From positions 1 through 12,063 of the forward strand of contig JAYZAY010000041.1 of NCBI GenBank assembly GCA_036339465.1: a stretch of 12,063 nucleotides of DNA. Direction: 5' to 3'. Position numbers and translations under genes: made by a program. The notes below the pieces were generated by a model. It did no database searches, was not told where the DNA came from, and worked only from the letters and a program-made list of their open reading frames with translations. Source of the stretch: Myxococcota bacterium. GTDB lineage: Bacteria > Myxococcota > XYA12-FULL-58-9 > JABJBS01. Positions 1 to 8,076 of the stretch are shown here, piece by piece. Every line of letters starts with the position of its first letter. Within the stretch, counting starts at the first letter, position 1.

Positions 1-2
1 CC

Positions 3-464
3 CACGAAGCAAAAACCTTCTTAAAACAAATTCGAACACTCATTGAGCCAGAGGGGCTTCTCATCATTGGTGGGGATCTCGACAAAGATCCATCCGTAAT
101 CGAGAGAGCCTACAATGATGCACAAGGCTTGGTCGAGCAATTCCATCTCAGTATACTACATCGCCTGAATCGAGACATTGTGGCAAAGTTCTGCCCCACT
201 CAATTTCAAAATCGAGCCACCTACAATCGTTCTTTTAACCGATTTGAGTTACACCTCATCACCAAAAAACCACAAACAATCCATATCGAGGACCCATAAA
301 TTGAATTGAAACAAGGAGAATTTTTCGTCACGGAATACGCATACAAATATTCCCTAGAGCGATTTGCGACCCTCACCGAAGAGGTTGGATTCGAAACCCA
401 AGAAAGTTGGGTTGATCCCAAAGGATGGTTTGCCCTTCAGATTCTAACCTCACCCAAACACTAA
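3..464 (+). pseudogene. egtD: C-terminal part of an EgtD-family SAM-dependent methyltransferase (Methyltransf_33), 5' end outside the window, interrupted by an in-frame TAA at 297-299
   Basis: Hand translation of frame +3 from base 3: HEAKTFLKQIRTLIEPEGLLIIGGDLDKDPSVIERAYNDAQGLVEQFHLSILHRLNRDIVAKFCPTQFQNRATYNRSFNRFELHLITKKPQTIHIEDP*IELKQGEFFVTEYAYKYSLERFATLTEEVGFETQESWVDPKGWFALQILTSPKH*. This matches EgtD motifs G.DL.KD...AY(N/D)D..G, R.E.HL, GE...TE...KY and W.DP.GWF on both sides of the stop. Final TAA at 462-464. Family call is strong; pseudogene versus sequencing error is unresolved. Confidence 0.85.
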
Positions 465-667
465 AAGTAAAAAACCCACTCCAAAATTAAAGCAAGCCAT
501 CCATTTCCGCGGGGCACGAGCCCCTCTGTCCCAGTATTCACCAAAAACGATCGGCCCCCCAGACCGCCATCGTACACCCGCTTTAATCAAGGCCAGCTTC
601 TTGCTCCTGCTCTCCCAGTGAACTATCCCTGCTTCGCTAGAAGGACTCAACACCGTAGAGACAAACA

Positions 668-2722
668 ATGAAATTGAAATGGAAAGTAGTCAGCAGGCTC
701 ACATTCATAACCACCTGTTTTACGCTGGCCTGCTGCGCCGAATCAGCCCAAGCGCCAAAAGACCTCGACAGGTCGGAGGAGGGGCTCAAAATCTGGAAAG
801 AAATCTTAGAGCTTCCAGAGCATAGTCAGATCGACCAAGCAATGGATGGGTTAAGCAACATCCCTATCGATCCCCCCACAGAGGTTGGCAAAAACTACAA
901 CCCAAGCTTCCCCAAAGATCTCCCCTTCAATCCCGCTGATTGGAAAACCAACTCCCCCTCCACAAGTGTCGCAAACCCGGACGCTACGGCGGGTGGAACC
1001 ATCAGATTGGCCACCTCCCAGTGGCCACCTACTCTGCGTACGGAAGGGCCCAATTCGAGACTCGCCTTCTTGAGCGATCTCCATGACCTTATTTTTGAAA
1101 CCCTCCTTACCTTTGATTTCAGCCTCAACGATTATGTTCCTCGCCTCGCAAGCCACTGGCAGATCGACAAAGATAAACAAACTTTTCGCTTTCGTCTCAA
1201 TCCCAAAGCCCAATGGGCCGATGGGCGCCCCGTCACTTCCCATGATGTCGTCGCAACCATCAAACACCTAAAAAATAAGGACAGAAAAGACCTGTCTACT
1301 TCCCAACACATGGAAGAACTCATTGAATACGTAAAAATCCTTGACCGTCAGACCGTTGAAATCAAAGCGAAAAAGAAACAATGGCGCAGCTTTCTCGAAA
1401 TCGCCACCAGTCGCGTCTATCCCGCCGCTTATATGCAAATGGACGGAGAAACCTACCTCCAAGATTGGAATTGGAGGCTGCCTCCTGGCACAGGGCCCTA
1501 TGAAATCCGACCTGAAGACATTAAAAAAGGGCGTTCGATCACCCTCAAAAAGAGAAAAGACTGGTGGAACCGAGACAACCCCAACCTCCGTGGACACTAT
1601 AATTTCGACAGAATCCAATGGCTCATCGTCAGAGACGAGGAGTTGATGTTTCAAAAAACCCTTGCCGGAGAAATCGACGCCTACCGAATCCTCCGTGCAC
1701 AGCGGTGGGTTGATGAACTCGACCAACAAAAAGCCGTCCAAAAAGGTTGGATTCAGAAAAGGAAAATCTACACCCTCCAACCCAATGGCTACGGCGGTTA
1801 TTGTTTCAATATGCGAGAAGCACCTTTTGACGATCGGAACATACGCATCGCCTTTTCGCATCTATTTAACCGAGAAAAATTGTTCGAAAAATTCTTCTTT
1901 TTTCAATATGATTATACCGACAGCTATTTCCCTGGCCAGCAATGGACTCGCCCAGAAGCTGCCAGGATTGCATACAACCCCGTCAAAGCGAGAGAATACT
2001 TGGCCGCCTCGGGTTGGACAAAGCGAGATGAACAAGGATTTCTAATCAATAACCAAGGTGACCGCTTTCCTAAACTGGAAGTCGATTTCTCCAGCAGCGG
2101 CTTTCAAAGAATCCACGCCGCAGTCAAAGAAGACCTTTGGAAAGAAGCTGGCATAGAAATGGAACTCAAACAAATCGATTTTTCAACCACCCTCAAGAAG
2201 GTTTGGGAGTGGAAGTATCAGTTGGTTTATTGGGGGTGGACGGCAAGCTCCTTTCCGGACATGGAATTTCAATTCCACTCGAAATACGCAGACAAAAAAC
2301 AATCCAATAATCTCAATGGATTCAAAAGTGATCGCGCCGACAAAATCATGGAAGACTACAAGATGGAATTCGACCCAACCAAACGCAAAACCATGCTCCA
2401 TGAACTAGACCAAATCCTCTTTGATGACCATCCCTATGCCTTAGGCTGGTATGCGCCCTATTTTCGAATCATCTATTGGGATAAATTCGGACACCCACCC
2501 GAATACAGCGGCCGCTACGGTGGCTTCCCAAACGACCTCATCACTTATTGGTGGCATGACGAATCAAAAGCAAACAAGACCACCGACAATCAATCCCAAA
2601 ATGCGTCCAACTACCCGGGCAATCCACAGGGCCAAGCAGCGGAAACCGAACCAGAGTATTGGTTATTGAATGAGAAGCCCATGTCCGTGACGAAGCTAAA
2701 GCAGAAAGGAGATAAGCGATGA
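668..2722 (+). CDS. yejA: ABC transporter substrate-binding protein, family 5 (DppA/OppA/YejA-like), probable lipoprotein
   Basis: 684-aa ORF. Basic N-terminus, hydrophobic stretch and FTLAC(C) relaxed lipobox. Family-5 motifs NPDATAGG, PRLASHW, FRFRLNPKAQWADGRPVTSHDV, PPGTGPY, YNFDRI, FNMREAPFDDRNIRIAF and WW(H)D near the C-terminus. First gene of an SBP-permease-permease-ATPase operon. The symbol reflects architecture, not proven orthology. Confidence 0.93.
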   Translation: MKLKWKVVSRLTFITTCFTLACCAESAQAPKDLDRSEEGLKIWKEILELPEHSQIDQAMDGLSNIPIDPPTEVGKNYNPSFPKDLPFNPADWKTNSPSTSVANPDATAGGTIRLATSQWPPTLRTEGPNSRLAFLSDLHDLIFETLLTFDFSLNDYVPRLASHWQIDKDKQTFRFRLNPKAQWADGRPVTSHDVVATIKHLKNKDRKDLSTSQHMEELIEYVKILDRQTVEIKAKKKQWRSFLEIATSRVYPAAYMQMDGETYLQDWNWRLPPGTGPYEIRPEDIKKGRSITLKKRKDWWNRDNPNLRGHYNFDRIQWLIVRDEELMFQKTLAGEIDAYRILRAQRWVDELDQQKAVQKGWIQKRKIYTLQPNGYGGYCFNMREAPFDDRNIRIAFSHLFNREKLFEKFFFFQYDYTDSYFPGQQWTRPEAARIAYNPVKAREYLAASGWTKRDEQGFLINNQGDRFPKLEVDFSSSGFQRIHAAVKEDLWKEAGIEMELKQIDFSTTLKKVWEWKYQLVYWGWTASSFPDMEFQFHSKYADKKQSNNLNGFKSDRADKIMEDYKMEFDPTKRKTMLHELDQILFDDHPYALGWYAPYFRIIYWDKFGHPPEYSGRYGGFPNDLITYWWHDESKANKTTDNQSQNASNYPGNPQGQAAETEPEYWLLNEKPMSVTKLKQKGDKR
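2707..2711 (+). promoter_or_regulatory. Shine-Dalgarno site for the YejB-like permease, with ATGA start/stop overlap at 2719-2722
   Basis: AGGAG at 2707-2711 lies 7 nt before ATG 2719, which overlaps the TGA of the upstream gene (translational coupling). Confidence 0.8.
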
Positions 2723-4647
2723 GTGGTATGACCGTGTACTTTATCCGCCGACTAATGCTGGTGCCTGTCACCTTTTTAATCATCACATTGATGGTTTACA
2801 GCATCCTACGATACGTGCCTGGGGGCCCCATTGAGCAGGCTGAAGCCGCAATGAAAATGGCCGCGATGTCTGGGGAGGGCGGCGGAGGCAATAGCGAAAG
2901 CACCACACTTCAATTGGATGAAGAAGCCATGGAGGAGTTGAAGCGCTATTACGCCCTCGATAAGCCGGTGCTCACCGGCTATCTACAGTGGCTGGGGATC
3001 TACCCTCGAGAGTTTCGACGCCGTGTCCCCGTGGTACCGGAAAAAGGCAATGAGAAAAATGCCCGAGAACTGAGAGAGGCTCACAAAAAACTGAGTGTAG
3101 CCAAAGAGGCCCTCGAAAAACACCTTAGCCCCAAACACTTCGTTCATCTTGAAGGCCGACTCTACCAACCCGAAAGTATCGAAGGTCTAGACAAAACCAC
3201 TCAAGATGCGCTCAATTCCGAAAAAGCTCAAAGTTTCGGTAAACACCAAAATCTCAACAACCTCTTGAAACCCCACAACTTAATTTTTCTCGATGGCAAA
3301 TTCTTGAGCCCCATCGATACAAAAGACCCGCAGCTGCAAGCATTCCTCCAACAAGCAGCGCCACTCTTAAAAGCCGTGAAAAAAGCCCAAGAAAGCATGC
3401 ACCACAAAGAAACCACAAGTGGGCTAAAGCTCACCACCAGTGGACACCTTATACGCACAGCCTTTGACCGACTTATCGAGCTCAATACGCGAAAAGTGGA
3501 AGTAGGAAAAGCACTCCAAGCCCAACTAACCCCTAAAAAGATATCGATTTTCGACCAGCAATTCTACGAACCAATATCAGAAGAAGCGTTGAAGAAAGTC
3601 GACAAGGCCATCCTTGAAACGGCCGGTTCCCTCGTCTCCCAAGGCTTTGGCAAACGCGATGAACTCCTCAGTTTCTTAAGAAATCATAACATGACCTGGA
3701 AAAAAAACGAATACTATAGGCTGGTCACGCAAGAGTCGAGGGACAAAGACAAAGACTTCTTCACCAGCGTACAGACACTTCTCAAAGCACTCACCATGGC
3801 CAACGCTCGGCTCCTGAGAGTCGAACATTTCCAAGGCTTCCGAATTAACGAGGAAGGGGTGATCTATCAAATTGAGAATGCACGGGCGGGTATCCTACAG
3901 GGGGATTTCGGTCGCTCCTACACCCGAAGTGAACCGGTCTTAAAGTCCATCGTCAGTAAATTTGAAGTATCCCTGCAATTCGGACTTATCGGCTATTTAT
4001 TAAGCTGGCTTATCTGCGTTCCATTAGGCGTGTTCAAAGCACTGCGACACAAAACAACATTTGACAGCACCACCTCAGCTTTCGTCTTCCTAGGCTATGC
4101 CATCCCTGGTTTCGTCGTATGCTTAATGCTCCTTACCTGGGTCGCAGTCAATGTGGAATGGCTACCGTTGGGAGGCTACAAACCCGACAATATCGAAGAG
4201 CTCAGTAATTTGGATGCCTTCATTGGAAGGGTTCGACACATGCTCATACCTGTGATCGGTTATACCATCGGTGGTTTTGCCACCATGACCATTCTCATGA
4301 AAAACTCCCTACTGGAAAATCTGGGGCAGGATTATATCCGCACTGCTTTTGCAAAGGGGCTCAAGGAAAAGCGCGTGATTTTTGTTCATGCCCTTAGAAA
4401 CTCTTTGATTCCAATTACGGCAGGTATCGGTCATGCATTGGGCCTCCTTTTTGCGGGCTCTTTTCTCATCGAAAAAACCTGCAACATCGATGGCATGGGT
4501 CTCTTGGGATACCAGGCCATCGTGGAACGGGACTACCCAATCATCATGGGAGTTCTCGTCTTTGGCGTCCTAATTAGACTTTTTGGCAACATTATATCCG
4601 ACGTGGTCTGGGCCTTGATTGACCCTCGGATCCGATTCGGCTCATAA
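2719..4647 (+). CDS. yejB: Peptide ABC transporter permease (OppB/DppB/YejB family) with a ~295-aa soluble insertion
   Basis: 642 aa. N-terminal YFIRRLMLVPVTFLII...VPGGPIEQ and LDKPVLTGYLQWL, then GDFGRSY after the insert, hydrophobic helices, the EAA-loop DYIRTAFAKGLKEKRVIFVHALRNSLIP, GSFLIEK, RDYP and terminal IDPRIRF. Confidence 0.95.
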   Translation: MSGMTVYFIRRLMLVPVTFLIITLMVYSILRYVPGGPIEQAEAAMKMAAMSGEGGGGNSESTTLQLDEEAMEELKRYYALDKPVLTGYLQWLGIYPREFRRRVPVVPEKGNEKNARELREAHKKLSVAKEALEKHLSPKHFVHLEGRLYQPESIEGLDKTTQDALNSEKAQSFGKHQNLNNLLKPHNLIFLDGKFLSPIDTKDPQLQAFLQQAAPLLKAVKKAQESMHHKETTSGLKLTTSGHLIRTAFDRLIELNTRKVEVGKALQAQLTPKKISIFDQQFYEPISEEALKKVDKAILETAGSLVSQGFGKRDELLSFLRNHNMTWKKNEYYRLVTQESRDKDKDFFTSVQTLLKALTMANARLLRVEHFQGFRINEEGVIYQIENARAGILQGDFGRSYTRSEPVLKSIVSKFEVSLQFGLIGYLLSWLICVPLGVFKALRHKTTFDSTTSAFVFLGYAIPGFVVCLMLLTWVAVNVEWLPLGGYKPDNIEELSNLDAFIGRVRHMLIPVIGYTIGGFATMTILMKNSLLENLGQDYIRTAFAKGLKEKRVIFVHALRNSLIPITAGIGHALGLLFAGSFLIEKTCNIDGMGLLGYQAIVERDYPIIMGVLVFGVLIRLFGNIISDVVWALIDPRIRFGS

Positions 4648-4664
4648 GGAAGGGAAGTAAAACT

Positions 4665-6080
4665 ATGGGTATCCTACTAAATCTCTTCGCATTCATTGCA
4701 ATCTACGCCGTGTCTTATGTGATCACACACAAGATACTGCCACTTATATTCATCAAATCAGGCCGCATTCTAGGCTTCAAAATGGCACTAACCCCTCTAA
4801 CCGCCAAACGCGTAAGACGCTTTCAAAGTATCCGGCGGGGACATTATTGTTTTCTCATTCTATCCACCGGCTTCATTATGAGTCTGGGACTCGAGCTTTA
4901 CGTCAACAATAAACCCCTAAGAATCCAAAACGGCGACCACGTCCAATATCCAGCCCTCGTCAATTGGTATAATTTTTGGGTCCCTGAAAATATGGAAGCC
5001 ATCGATATCGCACTTCCCAAAGATTTCAATCTCTTAGGCGAGGGTGAAATCGATTATCGAAGCTTCGCTCGCTGGGTCGATAATCCCCATCAAGAGTTGG
5101 AAAACGACGCCCAGGCCATTGAGGACGCAATCTTACAAGATCAAGCCCGATTCCAAAAAGCATTGGCAAAAAATGCCCAACAAAAGGGCCTTGAATATGA
5201 CCCAAAGGCAGCTCTACCCGAATTCAAGGAAAAGGAGTATAAAAACCAGCGAGAAAAAGCGGACTACCTCCGTGGACTCATCCCCATCTTTGCCTCCGGA
5301 AAGATGGCCATTACCATGCCCATCATCCCCTACACCTACAATCAACAATTGCTTGCCCTTCCTGGAAGGCCTCCCCACCGGCCTATGCAGGATGGCATTC
5401 CCGTTTTGGGAACAGATTTTGACGGCAAAGACGTACTATCCCAACTCCTCTACGGCTTTAGGGTAAGTTTCGCATTTGCCTTAATCGTTGCAACCATCGG
5501 CTATCTCATTGGCATCGTTGCAGGAGCGGCCATGGGCTATTTCGGCGGCTGGTTCGATATCTTAGTCCAACGTTTTATTGAAGTCTGGTCCTCCATACCT
5601 TTCCTATTCACCATCATGATCCTTGCGTCGGTGATGCAGCCCAGTTTTTGGGTCATGGCCTGCCTCTTGGTGGCACTTCGGGCCTGGCTCGGGATTACCT
5701 ATACCGTCCGCGGAGAATTTTATCGTGAAAAATCGAGAGACTATGTTCAAGCCGCATCGGCCATGGGCGTCGGTGAAACAAAGATCATGCTCAAGCACAT
5801 TCTGCCAAACTCCTTAGTCCCCGTGGTCACCTACTTTCCCTTCGAGATTGTCGCCTATATAGGTGCGCTGGTTTCCCTAGACTTTTTAGGCTTTGGACTC
5901 TCCGCCGACACACCAAGCTGGGGTAAGTTACTCCGGCAGGGCGCAGAGAATATTTCGACCTATCCCCATTTGGTCTCCATTCCCGTGCTCGCTTTCGCCG
6001 CCACCCTCTTCTGCGTGGTCATGATCGGTGAAGCCGTGCGAGAAGCTTTTGATCCCAAAGTCTACGCGAGGTTAAGATAA
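4665..6080 (+). CDS. yejE: Peptide ABC transporter permease (OppC/DppC/YejE family)
   Basis: 471 aa. LTPLTAKRVRRFQSIRRG, NNKPL, LGTDFDGKDVLSQLLYGFRVS, GYFGGWFD...QRFIEVWSSIPFL, EAA-loop DYVQAASAMG, LDFLGFGL...SWG and GEAVREAFDP. Purine-rich AAGGAAGGGAAG upstream. Alternative in-frame ATG at 4782. Confidence 0.95.
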   Translation: MGILLNLFAFIAIYAVSYVITHKILPLIFIKSGRILGFKMALTPLTAKRVRRFQSIRRGHYCFLILSTGFIMSLGLELYVNNKPLRIQNGDHVQYPALVNWYNFWVPENMEAIDIALPKDFNLLGEGEIDYRSFARWVDNPHQELENDAQAIEDAILQDQARFQKALAKNAQQKGLEYDPKAALPEFKEKEYKNQREKADYLRGLIPIFASGKMAITMPIIPYTYNQQLLALPGRPPHRPMQDGIPVLGTDFDGKDVLSQLLYGFRVSFAFALIVATIGYLIGIVAGAAMGYFGGWFDILVQRFIEVWSSIPFLFTIMILASVMQPSFWVMACLLVALRAWLGITYTVRGEFYREKSRDYVQAASAMGVGETKIMLKHILPNSLVPVVTYFPFEIVAYIGALVSLDFLGFGLSADTPSWGKLLRQGAENISTYPHLVSIPVLAFAATLFCVVMIGEAVREAFDPKVYARLR

Positions 6081-8047
6081 TGTCTACTGCACAAACGATT
6101 GCACAAACCGCTCCAAACACGCTCGAAGCGCCCGCACCACTTCTTAGTCTCGATGGCTTGAAAACCTATTTTCATACGGAATCAGGACAAGTCCGAGCTG
6201 TGGATGGGGTCACCTTAAGCGTCGAAGAAGGCTCCACCTTGGGCATTGTTGGTGAATCTGGTTCGGGAAAATCGGTCACTGCTTATTCCATCATGCGACT
6301 CCTGCCTGAAGGCGTGGGTGAAATTGTAGGGGGCAATGTTCTGTGGCGAGGCCAGGGTGAACCCGTCGACCTCGCAAAAGTGAATATCGAAGAGCTACCA
6401 CACTACCGCGGTGACCAAATTGCCATGATCTTCCAGGAGCCCATGACCAGCTTGAATCCGGTTTTTAAATGCGGCTGGCAAGTCACAGAATCCATCGTCG
6501 CCCATACCGGGCAACACTACGATCAGGCTTGGAAACACGCCACTGCACTCCTCGATGAAGTCGGCATACCCAACGCCGACCAACGTATGCATCAATACCC
6601 TCACGAACTGTCTGGAGGTATGAAACAGCGGGTCATGATTGCCATGGCCCTCGCCTGCAATCCCAAATTGCTGATTTGTGATGAACCGACCACCGCCCTT
6701 GACGTTACCATTCAAAAACAAATTCTCGATCTTATCGGTCGCCTTCAAAAAGAACGCAATATGGCCGTTCTTTTTATCACCCACGATTTAGGTGTGGTCG
6801 CTGAAATCACAGATAACGTGGCTGTCATGTGCCCCGGCCAAACCCTCGAAAAACTCTACGAAGAGAATGGTGAAAATCCAGAAATGGATTTTAGCCGTGG
6901 CGGACATATCGTGGAGTTCGGTAACGTCGTAGACATCTTCACCAATCCTAAACACCCCTACACCAAAGGACTCATTGCCTGCCGGCCCACCCTGAAAACA
7001 AAATCAGAACGACTCCCCACCATTGATGACTTTATTCGCGCAGAAAGGGCGGGTAAATCCATCGACCCAACAGATCCCAATTTGGACCTCGACTACCCTG
7101 GCAGGGCTACCCAAGAGCGAGAGACCATGAATGGCTTTGGAGACACGCTCCTCAAAGTCAACGGCCTTCAAACTTGGTTTCCCATCCAAGAGGGTCTCTT
7201 CCAACGAACTGTGGATTGGGTCAAAGCCGTTGATGGTGTCGAGCTGGTGGTCCCGAGGGGAAAAACCATCGGTCTTGTGGGTGAATCGGGCTGTGGAAAA
7301 ACCACCCTGGGTCGAACCCTACTGCGACTGGTAGAGCCCCGTGCAGGCACGGTTGAATACGATGGACGGGAAATTACGAAACTATCTAAAAGGAATTTCC
7401 GCCCCTACCGCCGCGATATGCAGATCATCTTTCAAGATCCTTACTCATCTTTAAATCCACGATTTTCCATCGAAGAAGCCCTTCTTGAACCCATGGTCCT
7501 CCACAATCTCCACAACAATCGCAGTGGCCGGCGAGACCGGGCGGTCTGGCTTCTGGAAAGGGTTGGCCTTCAAGCCGACCACCTTAACCGCTACCCACAC
7601 GAATTCTCCGGTGGACAACGGCAACGTATTTGCATCGCCCGAACCCTAGCCGTAGATCCTAAATTCATTGTCTGCGATGAGTCCGTCAGTGCCTTGGATG
7701 TGTCCATTCAAGCTGGCGTTCTCAATCTGCTTTTGGACCTCCAGGATGAATTAGGACTCACCTACATTTTCATCAGCCATGATTTGTCGGTGGTGAAATA
7801 TGTGGCCGATGAGGTCGCGGTCATGTGCTCCAACAGCATCATGGCCGATCTCTTCGAACCCGAACAACAGGCACGATTAAAGGCTGAAAACCGGGGCGGT
7901 CATATAGTAGAACTCAAAACCCCCACGGAGCTCTACACCAACCCAGAACACCCCTATACACGCAAACTCTTGGCAGCCATTCCAAGCAGTGACCCCGCAG
8001 ACATTAAAGCCCGTTTCAGAAACGCCGATCCCCATCTTGCACTCTGA
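6080..8047 (+). CDS. yejF: Peptide ABC transporter ATP-binding protein with two fused nucleotide-binding domains (DppD+DppF fusion, YejF/GsiA type)
   Basis: 655 aa. NBD1: Walker [10 protein letters not shown]-loop IFQEP, signature LSGGM, Walker B LLICDEP, H-loop ITHD. NBD2: [29 protein letters not shown]. Two HPYT motifs. Start overlaps the upstream stop (TAATG at 6078-6082). Confidence 0.96.
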   Translation: MSTAQTIAQTAPNTLEAPAPLLSLDGLKTYFHTESGQVRAVDGVTLSVEEGSTLGIVGESGSGKSVTAYSIMRLLPEGVGEIVGGNVLWRGQGEPVDLAKVNIEELPHYRGDQIAMIFQEPMTSLNPVFKCGWQVTESIVAHTGQHYDQAWKHATALLDEVGIPNADQRMHQYPHELSGGMKQRVMIAMALACNPKLLICDEPTTALDVTIQKQILDLIGRLQKERNMAVLFITHDLGVVAEITDNVAVMCPGQTLEKLYEENGENPEMDFSRGGHIVEFGNVVDIFTNPKHPYTKGLIACRPTLKTKSERLPTIDDFIRAERAGKSIDPTDPNLDLDYPGRATQERETMNGFGDTLLKVNGLQTWFPIQEGLFQRTVDWVKAVDGVELVVPRGKTIGLVGESGCGKTTLGRTLLRLVEPRAGTVEYDGREITKLSKRNFRPYRRDMQIIFQDPYSSLNPRFSIEEALLEPMVLHNLHNNRSGRRDRAVWLLERVGLQADHLNRYPHEFSGGQRQRICIARTLAVDPKFIVCDESVSALDVSIQAGVLNLLLDLQDELGLTYIFISHDLSVVKYVADEVAVMCSNSIMADLFEPEQQARLKAENRGGHIVELKTPTELYTNPEHPYTRKLLAAIPSSDPADIKARFRNADPHLAL

Positions 8048-8076
8048 AACCCCTCCTAAAAGCCCCCCAAAAAATG

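Noticed and set aside
297..299. Stop-codon reassignment or programmed readthrough as an explanation for the egtD internal TAA
   Set aside because: TAA terminates neighbouring intact genes at their expected C-termini (4645-4647, 6078-6080), and none of the long genes has internal stops.
511..524. GGGGC-ACGA-GCCCC hairpin as a terminator or riboswitch element
   Set aside because: Only a 5-bp stem with no U-tract on either strand, and I recognise no riboswitch consensus in 465-667.
601..629. Possible sigma70 promoter TTGCTC-17 nt-TATCCC upstream of the ABC operon
   Set aside because: Spacing is right but both hexamers match the consensus weakly and the -10 lacks the conserved final T.
221..668. 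Minus-strand ORFs 221-421 and 450-668
   Set aside because: The first is antisense to the egtD frame. The second spans the intergenic region with no recognisable motif.
3001..3888. Intein or mobile element as the source of the permease insert
   Set aside because: No Cys/Ser start with His-Asn end, no LAGLIDADG or HNH motif, no transposase features or terminal repeats. An extracytoplasmic loop is also an atypical intein site.
851..7350. Numerous short alternative-frame and antisense ORFs inside the ABC operon
   Set aside because: All are nested in well-supported genes and show shadow-frame composition with no motifs.
8048..8076. Bidirectional terminator between the convergent ATPase and FkbM genes
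   Set aside because: The 29-nt gap is C/A-rich and has no inverted repeat.
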